A stretch of DNA of 64,000 nt, from assembly GCA_963575745.1 (NCBI GenBank), contig CAUYUJ010000137.1, positions 62,001-126,000 on the forward strand, given 5' to 3'. The notes below the pieces were generated by a model, which did not search any database, had not been told where the DNA came from, and saw only the letters and a list, made by a program, of their open reading frames with translations. Source of the stretch: Prorocentrum cordatum. Taxonomy: Eukaryota. Shown one piece after another: positions 1 to 13,290 of the stretch (position 1 is the stretch's first letter; each line of letters starts with the position of its first letter). The position numbers and the translations under genes are program-made.

Positions 1-3000
1 TCGGTTCCACTGATGCAGCTTCGGTCGATGCTGTTAGATTGCCTCGACCTGCCGTTGGCTTCTTCGTCTCTTCGTGTAGCATCCAGGGCTCGAATTACTG
101 CTTCCAGGGTGTCGCCCCTGTACCCTGACGGGGCAAGGGGCCTTGCTGGGCTGCCAGACCCCTCGCCTACTATCTGCCGGATATCGATATGCCAGGGCGT
201 TGCGGTGTTGCGGGTGCTGTTGTCTGCCTCCGGTGTCGCGCGGGGCCTCCCACGGAGGTTTCCATGCCCGCCGATCTCCCGCGTGGTTCTCCTAGTCGTC
301 CGGGCTCTTTCTCCGTTTTCTGCGGCTCTTCTGTCTCCAATTAGTATGCCCTCCTGTAGCTGGCCCATAGGATCCAGCCAGCCCATCACCCACTCCTGTA
401 GCTCTGGGTGGATGTATCCCCCCGGCAGGGGGGCATCCACCTTCCTTTCTGTCAGCTGGGAAATGGTTTGAGCGTTCCTGGCGAGTTGGGCGCGGGCGCC
501 CTGGCAGGAGACTATCCCTTGTGTGCGCCAACGTGTGGCTGCGTGCTCGATTATACGGGGTGCTATCTCCGCGGCCCTGAAGACCTCTCGCAGCACGTCT
601 CCCCCTCTTTCTGTGGAAGATTCCCAAATAAAGGGGACAAGAATTCTGCCCCATGCCATGTTGCTCGGGGCGCTGTCAGTGGCGACGAGGGTTCGTATCT
701 CTAGGATATCCTGCAGGAGCTTGATGGCGCTGTTTCTGCCTTCCGGCGAGAGCCGTGAACGTTGGTTGCTCGATGGTCCGATTGTCTGGGCCCCCCAAGT
801 GACATTGGTATGCCTGCGAGCTGCCTGGGGTACTGGCACCCCCCTCTCGTGGGGTCGGATTCGAAGCGCCAGCGCTAACCTCATCGCCGCTCCGTGCGGG
901 CTGTTCGGCGAGGTGGTCCGCAATGGGGCCCCCTTCTCGCCCCGCATTGGCGACGATGGCTGCACGCGCTACTTCAACGGCAGCTGCGTCCGCGCCGGGT
1001 GCGCTGGGTGGACGTTCCTCCGTCGGGATCTGTGCCGCGCCCAGGGCCTGCTCAAGAAAACTACCTCGTATTTCAGCCCGAAGCCAGTCGGCATCGCCCG
1101 CAGAGATGGTCCTAAGACTCCCCAGGACTCTCGCCCTTAGGTCATCCACGTCGATGTCGCCCGCCACGGGCTCTAGGGCGCGGCTTCGCACCGCGAAGTT
1201 CCCCGCGCGCGCTAGGCATCCAGGGGCCCAGCCCCGGAGCTGTCGGTTCACCGAAGTTTCGAGAGTGCGATCCCGGATCTGCGCGGAAGCTTCTAGTGCC
1301 CAGCTGCGGGGGGGAGCACCGCAAAGTCTGGCTAGTGCACCAACCGCGGCTCTGAGGGCTGGTTCGTCGCCCAGTTCCGCGTTGGCGCTATCGACCGACC
1401 CGCGCCAGAAGTCAATGGGGTTGTCTGCCATGTGGCGCCATGCGGCAAGCAACTCGGCGACGAGCCAGGAAGGTGTGAAGCTGGTCGTCTCTGGTTGTAG
1501 GTGTGACGGGCATATGCGGCTTGCGATGGGCGCGCACCTGGCTCACACCCTTGCCAATTGGAACGACAGCTGAGGTCCAAGGGCATCGAGGGGGTGTCCC
1601 GGGACCACAGAAGTGTCAGGATAAATTCCGTCCACTGCGAGACACCAGGGCGTGGCTAACCTGTGGCACACGATGCGCATGGGTCCACTGGGGTCCCGCA
1701 TGAGCCACGATCCACAGCATCCGCGCCTCGTGGTGGGGTGAAAGAAGTCCCCAAACATTAACTCGTGAGAAGTGGTGTTCAAGGGCCAGGGCTCACATGG
1801 TTCCTCACTACCCTGCACCCCCACCCCGGGCACGCCCGGTGTGTGGACGTACACCCCAGGAATGCCTGGCTTAGCCCAGCCACTGGGTCCTGTGCCGCAC
1901 TGTCCTTCCGACAGGACGTCGGCGCCTGAGCTGATCCAATCTCCTCTGTCTCTGGCCCATCTTCTTACCTCGCTGTAGTCAGGGAAGCGGACCCTGTTCT
2001 GCCTGTGCTCATGAACGAGAATGCGGCAGACTTTGAATCTGCGCTCGAGGTCTAGAGCCGCGTCCCCGCCGTTTGGCCCCCCCCTCTCCAGGACGGACGG
2101 GATCGTGTCTGCCTCTGGTGGATGTGAGTATGGCGCTCGGGAGGAGGTCGTCCACGGTGTCTGCCGATATCTGAGTAGTGCGCTGCGTATTCTAGCGCGT
2201 CATACTCGAGGTGGGCCGCGAGCATTTCGGCGTCGGCAGGGTTTTCGCAGTCAAGTCTTTCTGCGTCGATGACAGGGCCCTGCGCGACGCTGGTGAAGCG
2301 GAGGGCCAAGACCTGCATCGGGTCTGGCCCTACCCCTCCTTGTCTTGCTTCGTGGTCCGCCCCCGTTATGGACCAGACTAACCAGGATAGGTCAAGGTGC
2401 ACCAGCGCCAGCGCCAGCGCTGGCCCCAGGGCGTAGGAGCGATGATTGGTACTGGAGTCGTTCCAGCGCCCTTCCCCCCGTTCCGGCGAGGACCTAAGCG
2501 GGTTAGGGATATCGCCCAGTGGTCTCTGGCCCCCCAAAGTGTTCGGGTGCAACCCAGGGTGTCCTGGGTGGCGCCGCTCCAGCAGAAGTGCACCAGGAGC
2601 TCCAGCTCAGTACTCATCTCGGTGGTGCGTATCCCATCCTCCGTCGCCGGCGCTCTCCAGGGTCCGTCGCTCGGCTCGCGATGGGCTGCCAGCGCGCTGA
2701 AGGTCCCTCCTCGCCCTGCCCGCCTGGGGCCCGCTACCCGAGGTCCAAAGTTGGGACCGTCGGATGTCCGGCTTCCGCTCCACGCCGCGTCGGCGTGCCC
2801 CGAGCCGTCTAGCCACCTGGCATGGTGGGCGGTCCTGAACTGGAGTCCGCACCTGGGTGGCTCCAGGTCTATGTCGGAGATGTCCGAAGCATCCTGCCAG
2901 TAACCGCGAGGGTCTCTGGCGCTATCTGGAGAGGAGCAGGCCCGAGGTCTTTCCCTTCCTATCGCCCTCTGAGCTCTGTGCTCGCGCGGGCTGGGCCCAC

Positions 3001-4700
3001 TCCGCTCGTGGCGGCTTGAGCCGGAAGTGGCAGGCGATGGAGCGGGGAGGCCAAGAGGGGGGGCGATCGGGGGGCCCCGAGGCGCGGGGGCGGCGCACGC
3101 GGCGATCGGGGCGGGCTCCTGTACGACAGGGCTGCTGCCGCTATCGGGGGCTTCTGGGCCCGCGTCTCCCCCCTCGAATCGATCGTCAAGTGGGCCGCGA
3201 GCCTCTGGACTGGGTTCGACTACCAGCTGCGGCGACCCACGCGGCCCGACTGGGTGGAAGGGAAGAGTTGGCGAGATGGTACTAGGGATAGAGGGTGCCG
3301 GAGGCGGGGTTTGCCTGGGGGCTTCAGCCTCGCCTGGGGTGCGTCCTGGGCTGCTGCATCCTGAAGCTGTCGGTGCAACTGGCGGGGCTCTCGGCCGCCC
3401 CCCCCCCCGTCTGTCCGGGTCAGAGTTGTCCAGCATGGCCGCGCTCTCGCTCATTAAGCGGCCCATGCCCGATGGCCCTGTCATCGCACCGTTTCTGCGA
3501 GCGTCCTCCGCCCCCATTCTCGACGGCATGTTCAACTCGAGGCTGCCAGCTACCGGCTCGCCTGGGATGGCGGGAATGCCGAGAGCGCGGCCGACGGCTG
3601 CCTGCTCGCCAGGTCGGGCCCCATCACCAGAGGTGCAGCTCCGCAGCGCCCCTTGCACGCAGCAGTTGGCCGTCGGCTCTCTTGGTGCCCCGGGCGCGCC
3701 CTCGCGCTCACCCTGTGGCCCAGTGACCCCAGTGGGGCCACCTGCGTCAGCCTGGGCCTCGGCGTCGGACCGGCGCTCGCCTCGCGGCTGACGGCCGCCT
3801 GATCGCTTGGAGGTGGGGGACTGCCAGGGATGCGGCTGACGGCCGCCTGATTCTGTTCGTTTCCGAATCCGCCTACCCCCTCGGGGGCAATCGCAGCAGA
3901 GGAAAGGCCGGGGGGAGTCGGTGAGGGAGGAGGGAAGGCGGGGGCCAGACGATCCCCCAAGGCTGCGAGGACCTTCCCCGCTGCGATTGCTGGACGACGC
4001 GCCTTCTGGAAGGACGGCGTGATCCGAGCTCTCTCTCGGGGGGCCGACTCTGCCCCAGCCGGCGGCTGGCTCTACGGATCCGCTCGGGTAAGGAGTACCT
4101 GGGATGCGGCTGACGGCCGCCTGTGTTCCTCTATCACACTGATTGCCAGGGTGGCCACGGGCCCCCTCCGCTCTGTGCACGGAAGGAACACCGGCGTGAC
4201 GGCTGACGGCCGTCTGAGCTATTATTGATATCGGTTCACCTGGGGTGCGGCTGACGGCCGCCTGGGATCTTGAAGATCTCTCTCCATCAGGGTTACGGCT
4301 CATGGGCGACAACCCTGATTGTCCTCGCGGGGTGCCGGGGTCGCGGCTGACGGCCGTTCTGGTTTGTTCTCATTGCCGTCGTCAGGCCTGGATCCTGATC
4401 TGCAGCGCGAGCCAGGGGGGGGGTTGTCCGGGGGGGATCTGGGTCTGGCTGGGGCCTGGGGGGGGGGATCGGCCTGGGTCAGCGCTTGGGCCCCCAGGCT
4501 CTGCCCTGATCGGCCCCCGCCGCCCTCGATGCCGCCCGAACGACCCCCCGTGAGACTGAGGCCCGCGCTGCCTGCCTGAGCCGCTGACAGGGGGCGGCGC
4601 CGCTGTCGATATGGCCGGGCGGGGCCCGCGACCGCGGGCCCGCCGCGCAGCGCACGGGCGCCCCCTTGAGCGGTGGGAGACTGCCCCGGAGAGGGCAGGC
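1..4700 (-). pseudogene. Degenerate, frameshifted minus-strand coding unit (retrocopy or N-terminal part of a retroelement ORF; runs off the left edge)
   Basis: Chain of minus-strand protein-like ORF pieces (676-1452, 1543-1854, 2052-2552, 2378-4312) broken by stops and frameshifts, headed by an SL-like relic at 4712-4732. No diagnostic catalytic motif seen. Confidence 0.3.
3784..4360. repeat. Six dispersed copies of an 18-bp motif GCGGCTGACGGCCGCCTG (mini-hairpin; peptide QAAVSR on the minus strand)
   Basis: Copies start at 3784, 3832, 4106, 4199, 4247 and 4343. Confidence 0.85.
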
Positions 4701-4711
4701 CCACCAGACGG

Positions 4712-4732
4712 CTTGAGCCAAGGGGGTGCGGA
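4712..4732 (-). other. Degenerate dinoflagellate spliced-leader relic
   Basis: Minus strand TCCGCACCCCCTTGGCTCAAG versus dinoSL (D)CCGTAGCCATTTTGGCTCAAG; located at the 5' end of the minus-strand unit. Confidence 0.5.
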
Positions 4733-6259
4733 CTCAGCTGGGAGGGTTACTTTTTGGGTCGGCGGCTCCGAGGCAGCGGGTAGGGAGCGGCAGGCGTCGC
4801 CTGGGCCAGCAGGCGAAGCGAATCAGCTACAACAGGCAACGCACCTGCAGTAATAAACTGCAAGAATGCGAGGCGCGCACATGCACTGAGCAGAGTGCCC
4901 CGCATTAAGGCGAACGCACCTAGGCGCCAGCCACACCGAGGTGACGCAGATCACGGTGGAATGCAACAGGGAGTCGCCCTGTCGGCGCCAGCCCGCGCAA
5001 GCTTTTTTTTTTGGGGGGGGGGCCAGCCGCAGGCGGAAGCGCCGGCGGCGAGCAGTCACGGTCGGGCTGCGGCCGCGACGAATTCCCGGGCGCGCGCGGG
5101 GGCCGCGGATCAGGCGGCGGGGCAAGCAACAACCCAGGGCGCCTGAGAGGCCCGGCGGTCGTGCAAGCTGCAACCCAGGGAGTCTGAGGGGTCAATCACC
5201 CAGGAAGCAAAGCGGACGCGGCCAAAATGGCGCGCCGAACGTTCCCAGTCATGGTCGTGACAACCGACAACCGCATGGTGGTGGGAACCAGACTCCGCGC
5301 GAGAAAGTCAGCCCAGGGAGTCTGTCGGGTATGAGCAGACCGAAAGCGTAGCTGACGTCGTCCAGCAAGGAGGGGGATTCTGACAGCGCCAGCGAACCGT
5401 CGCAGCTTCAGAAAACGCATCCGCGGCAGATAGGGTGAGCCTGAGGTCAAAGACAACTGAGACAACCTCACAACAACTGCTGAGAGATGCGCCTGCACGC
5501 AGGAGACCAGAGGTTGGTGTGCCGCAGTGCAGAAGTACACGGGTACCCACCAACAGAGGGACGCACAGTCAATCGGAAGTGGGCGTGTCCCAAAGGACTA
5601 AGTGGCAGCCAGCGCCTCGCAACCCAAGCAACGCCAGGCCGAGGAAAGCGCTCGAAGAGGAAGAAACTGCCGTATACCCACGTCAGCAAGCCCTTCACGG
5701 TCACAGAGTCCCAGGGAGTGGTCGCACAACAAGGTGGCGCGTGGGAGCGACGATAAGGATACCGAGTGCCCGTCACACGCCGAGACCGTGCATCGCAGTC
5801 CACAGGGTGGCAAAGCACGGCCAACCGTGGGAGGCGGCACTGAACGGGGTCACGTCAGCGGCGCAGTCAGAGTACGGTGCAAGCGGACCAGGTGGGCATT
5901 CCGCCGCCACGGCGGGGCGACCCACGACGAAGGACTGCCTGAACCTCCGAGCCCAGTGTCGCTCCCAGGAAAGGTAGAAAGCACGGCTGAAGGCCGTCGT
6001 AACTTGGGAAGCCCAGGGAGCAGCGGCGCAGATCTGGGAATGACGGGGCGAAAACCACCAGGTCGTCGGTCTCAGAGCTGCGCGCCAGGCAGAGCCTGGC
6101 AAGGTGAAAACAGCTAATTACAGTGGGGCCAGAGGCCACTATGGCCACGCGCAAAGCGAGATTGCAATGCGGACGGCATTGCTGGCACACACACTTGGAT
6201 CCAAAGGCGGGAAGTGCACGTACCAGGAGGGGCGGCAGGATGCCGCCAGGCGGGTCTGT

Positions 6260-7620
6260 CATCCATGGAGCAGCTGAAGGCCGCTGTTTGATAGAGAAAC
6301 CCAGGGATTGCAAGCGCGTCTCGGGAATGCATAGCAATGCAACCGAGAAGGATGGACCACGCTCAAAGCCAAGAAGGATCGACCCCCTTGCAGCTGAAGG
6401 CTGCTCCTCTCTGTCTAGACGCGCCCTCGTCCACTCCTGCGGTCTCGCACGGTGCTCCCCGGGCTGAAGGGGCGTCTTTGTCGGGAGGAGGCTGGTCTCC
6501 GACCGCGGGCGCTCCCTCAGCAGCCCTCCCACCTGTCGCCGACGATGCCGCTGCCGGGGGGGGAGCAATGGGATATGAGGTGGTGGCCGACAGCCCCGGC
6601 GACAGGCAATGTGATAGCTTGAGCTCGTGCCGCACGCTGAAAGGAATGAGGAACTCTTGCTGCTTCGCTCAGCGTTCCCCGGGCAAAAGGCCAGCCTTCT
6701 GTGTGTACAAAATGACGTGCCCAGGGGAGGCGGCGGGCGGAAGGCGAGAGCCGCTTGGACGTCGGCTCACCTCAGCTGGAGGGGTCGGTGGCGCGACCAG
6801 GACGGAGGCATCCACAGACCACGGGACGACCCCCTCGCAGCTGAAGGCTGCTCCTCTGTGTCTTGCCGCGCCCAAGGGAGGGAGGTCGGCGGAGTGTGGG
6901 CGCAAGCCAATGGGATGTGGATCGTGGACGTGGGCGGACAGCGGTCGGTCCACCCACCCGTCATCACCGCCGCCACCCCACTGGGCAGCCTCAGGCGCAG
7001 GCCATCCACCCTCGTTGGACAGGCCCCTGAGCCGATCTTCGAGAATGCTGCCGCCACTCATGGCCACAGTTTCTGCGGCGCTCTCGGCATCCGTGGGCGT
7101 CGTCTCTGGTTCTCGAGCTGAAGGCCCGTCCCTGCTGCAACTGCCAGATACGCCTTGGCGACTCGAGCTGAAGGCTCGTCCCGCCTGTGACTGCCGAGCT
7201 GAAGGCTCGCCCCGTCTGCGACTGTCAGCGTGGGGGGCGGATGAAAGACGGGAGTCCTCGGGATTGCAGGGATGACCAGGGAGCTGATTGGCAGCCGTGC
7301 CGCCGTCGACGTCCATCTGTCCATTTAGAGAATCTCGAACTACAGGCTCGTCCACTCCTGCTGTCTCGCGCGGTGCCCCCCGGGCTGAAAGCGCGTCTTT
7401 GTCGGGAGGAGGCTGGTCTCCGACCGCGGGCGCCCCCCCGGCGGCCCTCCCACCTGTCGCCACGATACTGTCGCCAGGGGGGGGAGCAATGGGGTATGAG
7501 GTGGTGGCCGACAGCCCCGGCGACTGGCAATGCGATAGCTTGAGCTCGCGCCACACGCTGATAGGAATGAGGAACTCGTAACCCAGACAGGCAGCTGAAG
7601 GCTGCACAGAGTGTGGAAAT
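6260..7620. repeat. Dispersed modular repeat family, copy A (homologous to 47880-50540)
   Basis: Internal duplication 6420-6660 / 7345-7580; ~6720-7230 aligns in direct orientation with ~48575-49080; recurrent (GCA/CGA)GCTGAAGGC(TGC/TCG) motif. Confidence 0.85.
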
Positions 7621-7984
7621 CGGACGCTGCACCTGAAACTCCTGGGGATGAGGGGGGGGCCGGTCGCCCCACCGTAGCCCCTTCTCGCCGCGACCGTCTG
7701 GCCTGCCGCCGCCACGCTTGCCGCCTGGCTGCCGCCAGCCACTCTGCCAGTTGTAGCTCGCACTGGTGGCGCCAACCACGGTTGAAGAGGGCCCAACGCA
7801 TCCAGGGACAGCACCGAGCAAGGAAGACACGAGAGCCCTGCCTGCCAGGCGGGCCGTCCTCACTGCGTGGCAGACACGAGGGCCAGCGACGGGTGGGACC
7901 TTGGTTGCACCTAGGCCCCATCGTATCCGAGAAGACCCAGGGAGCGTCCAGTAAAACAAAGGGAGCAGCTGAAGGCTGGCACGT

Positions 7985-8200
7985 GTGAGGCTGCTGTTGC
8001 TGCGGCAGCGGCCCTGCTGCTGCGTCGCCCCCCTGGGTGCCAGCTGCGGCTGCTGCAGCTGCTGCGGCTGCTGCTGCTGTTGCAGCTGCTGCGCTGCAGC
8101 TGCTGCAGCCGGCTTCCAGGGGCGTCCTGCCGTTGCTGCTGTAGAGGGCGGGCTGCCGGGCAGGCTGCGGGGCAGGCGGCCGCAGGCGGCGCCCGCGGCT
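7985..8200. repeat. (CTG)n-rich low-complexity tract
   Basis: Degenerate CTG/GCA trinucleotide runs. Confidence 0.8.
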
Positions 8201-8202
8201 CC

Positions 8203-8306
8203 CCTGACGTCGGCCGTCTTGAGAAACTCAAGACGCGCCCGCCCGTCTTGATCTTTAGTCAAGACGCTTGAGAAAACTCAAGACACTCCGAAAAACTCAA
8301 GACACC
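8203..8306. repeat. Palindrome CGTCTTGAG-AAA-CTCAAGACG plus AAACTCAAGAC direct repeats (putative element end)
   Basis: 8203-8236 is the reverse complement (1 mismatch) of 45829-45862. Confidence 0.8.
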
Positions 8307-8901
8307 CGTCAAAACAGCGATGCACACTCCAAACCAATCAAGATAATCAAAAATAAGCAAGATAATCAAACATAATCAAGATATTCAATAACAATGTCGC
8401 GCGGCAGTTGGAACAGTTGGAGTAGTTGGAAGGGGGGGAAGGGAGAGGGGGGCGGAGGAGGAGGAGGAGCAGGGCGTTCCAAACATTAACCGAGCAACTT
8501 CATGATATGAGCACTTATGTTGAAGTGTTTTTTCTGCTCTGCGCCGTGCGTTCCCGCTACAGGCCCCCCGTTGCCCCTGGAGCACTGTTGGAGGAATTGC
8601 GTTCCTCCCTGTTGTGGCGGTCTTTTTGGGCCTGTTTCTGGGGGCCTTGGATCGGTCTTTTTGGGCCTGCTTTGGGGGGTCCTGGGAGGCCTTTGGCTTG
8701 CTTGCGTTTCGTTTGGCTCTTTGGAGATATTATTGGCTCTGCTTTGGGATGCAATTTCTGTTTGGTTGTTATTTCCCTTTTTGCTGGGTTGAGCCTTGAG
8801 GGGCCTTGTGGGTCCAGTGGCTGGGCCTTGGGGGTCTTTTTTTGGGCTTGTTTTTCTTGTTTTTCAACGCGCAGAGTTGGCGAGGCCTCGGCCATGCATG
8901 A

Positions 8902-9749
8902 ACGCGTAAAACGTCATTTCTCACGTTCAAACGAAGAACGTGGAAGCGCGTTGTGCACGGGGCAGCACTTGGTGCGCGCCCTGCACAATGAAACAAATGG
9001 GTGAAACGGATGGGTGAAACGGACGGGTGAAACGGATGGGCGAAACATGCGTGGACAACGATTGGGAAAAAACGCCAACATGGACGTTTGTCGATCCGGA
9101 CACCTTACTCAGAATTTCTGGACCGATCCTCCTCCAATCCTTTCAATCCCTCCCCTTTCAATCCCTTCAACCCTGGTCCCGAATCATTTCTCACGTTGAA
9201 AAGAGGTAGGCTCGGGCAAGGTTCGGGCGTTTCTGGGGGCGCTTCTGGCGGCGAGGCGGCGTCCTGGACTGCCGCGCTCTCGTCCGCAGGGGAACCGCGT
9301 AAAACGTCATCTATCACGTTGAATGGAAGAACGCATGGATAGCGGCGGCGGTGACAGGTGCAAATAAAGTGCTCTCAGCACGCCGCGCAGGCGCGCGACC
9401 GAGCCGCGGGTCTCGAAAGTACCCGCGTTCATCCCATGCTTCCCTCTTTCATCCTATGTTTCCCCCTTCTCACTCCTCCTCTCCTCCGCCCGCCATCATT
9501 TCTGGCGTTCAAACGAAGAACACAAACAACCAGAAGCATGCGAAGGGCGGCGTGTCCCTGCAGTGCTGCAGCGAGGGCATCCCCTTCGTCCTCCTCCTCC
9601 TCCTCCTCCTCCTCCCCCTCCTCCCCTGTAAACGTCATTTCTCCCGTTAAAGAGAAGAACTGCGTGCGCGCCGCTCTCGGCGGCAACGGCCGCGCCGCTC
9701 TCGGCGCCGAGCGTTAACAAATTTGGCGGACGTCATTTCTCACGTTGAA
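8902..9749. repeat. Six dispersed copies of AAACGTCATTTCTCACGTTSAA(N)GAAGAAC
   Basis: Copies near 8909, 9184, 9301, 9496, 9630 and 9730; consensus core dyad AACGT-N8-ACGTT. Confidence 0.8.
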
Positions 9750-10022
9750 GCATTCACATCCTCATTTCTCCTCATTCCTTTTTCTCATCATCCCCCTCCT
9801 TGGTCCCGGTTTTACTCCTCCTCCTCCTCCTGGGAGGGGGGGGCGCCCCATGCCTCTACCGCGCGTCCCCCTGTGGCGAAACAAAAACAAGCTACGCGCA
9901 GCATGGGGCCCTCTGCGCGTTTGTCCCAACGCCCCCACGCGTTGATTATGGTGGCAATGGTTTGATGGTGGATGGTCGAGGTGAAGGATGACTTGTTAAG
10001 GGGGATGGGGGAGGAGGGGCAC

Positions 10023-12874
10023 TCAACAGTTCTCAGGGAGAACCTTTTGCAAAAACGTGGAATAGAATGTTGCGCCTGCGTGCGGCGATTTTGCAACAGT
10101 GCCCATGAGGCGGTTCTCGCCCTCGTCGGCGCATGTCCAATAGAACCGCGGGTTGCCATGGGCGGCCGCGAACTCGGCTACACGAAACAGCATGCGGCGT
10201 TTTAAAAACTTCATGGCCGCCAAAGCTTTGCCAGAAATGCAAGAAGCGAAGCGGCGATCCTTGCAGTTTCTGGCACGCAGCGGGCGCCATGCGCCGCGGC
10301 TCCGACTGCGTGACAGCGTGCGCAACACTGAGGGCCTCGACCGCCATAACTAAACGGGCACTGTTCGGGCCGAGAGAAGAACCGCGTTCCCTGCGCAACT
10401 GTGAAATAGAAGGGGTTAAATGTCTTGTTTCGGCGGCTTTCGCCTTTAATCGAGGGCATTTGTTTTCGGTGGGCCAGAACATTTTGAACGCGAGCCTGCG
10501 GATCATCGTTCGTTTGCCCCTGGCCGCGGACGAACCTATATAAAAGGCGCGCAGCCTCCTGGGGTGGGAACGTTCATCATGGGCGACCTTCAGAAAACCA
10601 CCGCTCGAGATAACGGCGCCCCTTCGCCCTCGCCCCTCCCCTTCGAGGGGGGGCGGGCGAAGACGATGAGATACCGATGCCCACCATGTTGTAAAACATG
10701 GTGCCCGTGGTGGTGTTCCGTAGGTGGCGCATAATGAAACGCTCCCATGTCCTGCGCAAGTGCATCAGGTTGGCGCGGGCCCTGAGGGTGGCCGCGGCGC
10801 GCTGTGACCCGCTAAAGTTGCGTTTGCACAATCAATAAAACAATACTCCCACCGCGTACTGCGACACGCCGAAGTATCAGATGCGCATCGCGTCCAGGTG
10901 GAGCAAATTCAATGAAAACCCTTTCACTTGGAAAAGTGGACGTATAAGAGCGGGGCCAACGCCATTCATATTGTTAAAGAATGTGAGTTCCAAGCCTCCT
11001 GGCGGGATGGCCAGTTGAGAAATTGCGTGGATGTCGGTGATATGCCCGGACTCTATCAAGCGGAGCCCGCTATCGAGGCCAAGGCTCGGCATTCTGCGAA
11101 ATGTGGCAAAGCCCCCCAACTCATCATCGAATCTCATTGCTGAAACCAACATGTTCAGATCAGCTGCGTCAGTGATAGTCACTGTTTTAATCGATATTGC
11201 GATCACGTGGTCGTATGCGACGGCGTCGCGCGTCGTCCGCAACGACGAGTCAATCGTGGCAGGGAAGCGAAACATGTTTGCTTTACTGCAGGAACACGTG
11301 AAACACGGGTTGCGAACGTTGCCCCATCGATCAAACCCTAGGGCTGTAATCATCTCGAGAAGATCGGCACGATACTCCGCGAGCGCCCCGACCCATCCGC
11401 AAGCGAGAGGCTTGCCTCTCATCGCCAGAATGTCATCATCGGTGAAAGCCTTGCCCAGATGATCACACAAAAAATGAACGCCAGACGCCATGACATTAAA
11501 CGACCATACAAGAACGCGTAAAAGCTGTCCAAACTTGCAGAACCCTTTGCACCCACATCGGCAAGTGTCGGATGTTCTGGCGCTTGCTATCAGCCATGGC
11601 TGGAGGGACGCACGTGCATTATAACCAATGCCCGCTGCTGGCCCACCAGGGCCATCCCCAGGACCCCCTAGGATATTCACCACCAGGGCCATCCCCAAAC
11701 ATCATCTGTCCCTGCCTTCCCCCCCCGACCGCGCGTGCCCCCTTCTCTACGGGGCATGGTTTCTCATGTGCGCCCCCCCAAGATCGCTTGCCTGTAAGAC
11801 AATTCGAAAGATAATGCGCAAAGAACGAATCTTTCCTTGTGTGAGGCACCGCGTCTGAGAAGCACCCCATCGGAACGCATTTGCCAGGATGTTCAAGCGA
11901 CGCAGGGTGGTCCGCGAATGTCAGCGGCAGTGCGGCGTCATCAAAATTGACACAGGGGGGTGACATGCGAACCCCCCCCCCCCTCTCAGCCCAGCCCCGC
12001 CCCCCTGAGCGCGCTGCGGGAGCGCGCCGATCCGCCGAAGCTCCCTGGGTCGGACGCCGGCAAGACCAGCGCCCAACTCCACGCGCAGCCAGGGCCGATC
12101 GGCTCCCCGATCTGCGCACAGTCCTCAGCGTGCCTGGGTGGGGCAAGAGAGTCCCGAACGAGAAAGTTATCCCCGTCTCTTTGCCTCTCCTCCTCCTCCT
12201 CCTCCTCATCCTCCTCCTCCTCCTCCCATGGCAGCCACTCGTTGCGTCGACGTGGGATTCCCTTTCTCCTCACTCCCCCTCTCCTCCCCTCTCGTTCCCC
12301 CTCCTGACGGCCTGCCCTGGTCCCCTACGCAGCGAGGGTGCGGTAAGGCTGCCGAACTTAACCCTGTCCTTCACATGGTCCCCCTCCTCATCCTCGTCTT
12401 CGCCCTCCCCCCCGATGCTGTTGAGACGTCTTCCCGAAAACGCCTGAACCACGTCACCCCCCACATGGGGTCGAAGTCAGCGGGCTTCTCCTTATATGCC
12501 CTACAAAACTGCTCATGTGGAAGGTTCAGCGGGAAACGCGCAGCCATCCGCGAACCATCCGAAGAATTCCACATCGGAAGATCGATGCAATACAAGCTTT
12601 TCTGTGAACGAGCAGAAACAGCTGCTCGCAGATGCTCGGCAGCATGCGTCGATGCTGGGTGCAGCGCGAGGTCCCCCACCCCCCTCGCCCCAGCATTGCA
12701 GGCGTGGTAACACAGCGCACAGACGGCGGCCGCCGACATCTCACCACGTTTATACAGGCCCAACACGTGCGACCGGAGCCCCGCCCCAGCGTCGAACAGC
12801 ACGCGTTCCTCCGCCTCCGTGGCGGCCTGCGACTTCTCCAGAACCAGACGCGCAGCAACGGCCCTGAACGCCAT
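10023..12874 (-). pseudogene. DDE transposase-like pseudogene (En/Spm-CACTA/Plavaka-like), fragmented
   Basis: Successive fragments: VPMGCFSDAVP; CRCGCKG; YRADLLE...NPCFTC; LHLDAMRI*YFGV (degenerate D-x-M-H...GV); RLKAKAAETRHL; GNPRFYWTCADEGEN. Contains stops, frameshifts and low-complexity insertions. Confidence 0.5.
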
Positions 12875-12949
12875 GCGCGGCGAATGAGCGGGCCGACCCG
12901 TCGAGCACTTGAAATGAGAGAAATCTCGGGCCTGACGGGCGACAGTGTG

Positions 12950-13290
12950 TTGCTGCTGCTGTTGCTGTTGCTGCTGCTGTTGGTTGTTGCTGGTGTGCCT
13001 GTTGCTGTTGGTGGCGTTGATGTGGCTCCCGCGTTTGTTGCTGCGGTTGTTGTTCTCGTTGTTGCCTTTGTCTTTGTCGCTGATGTTGCCGATGTGATCG
13101 TTGTTGGTGCGCTGGTGTTGCTGCAACTGTTTCGGTTATGGTGTTGTTGCTGTTGATGTCTCTGCTGTCGTTGTTGTTGTTGTCGTTGGCGTTGTGGTTG
13201 CTGTTGTGTTGCTGGTGGTGGTACTGGCGAGGCTGTCGCTGCAGTAGTTTGCGGCCTTGCAGTTGCTGCCGTTGCGGATGTTGCTGACGC
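12950..13290. repeat. (GTT/GCT)n low-complexity tract
   Basis: Degenerate trinucleotide runs. Confidence 0.8.

Noticed and set aside
8902..9749. Repeat-spacer pattern as CRISPR
   Set aside because: The repeats are degenerate and the spacers are long and highly variable.
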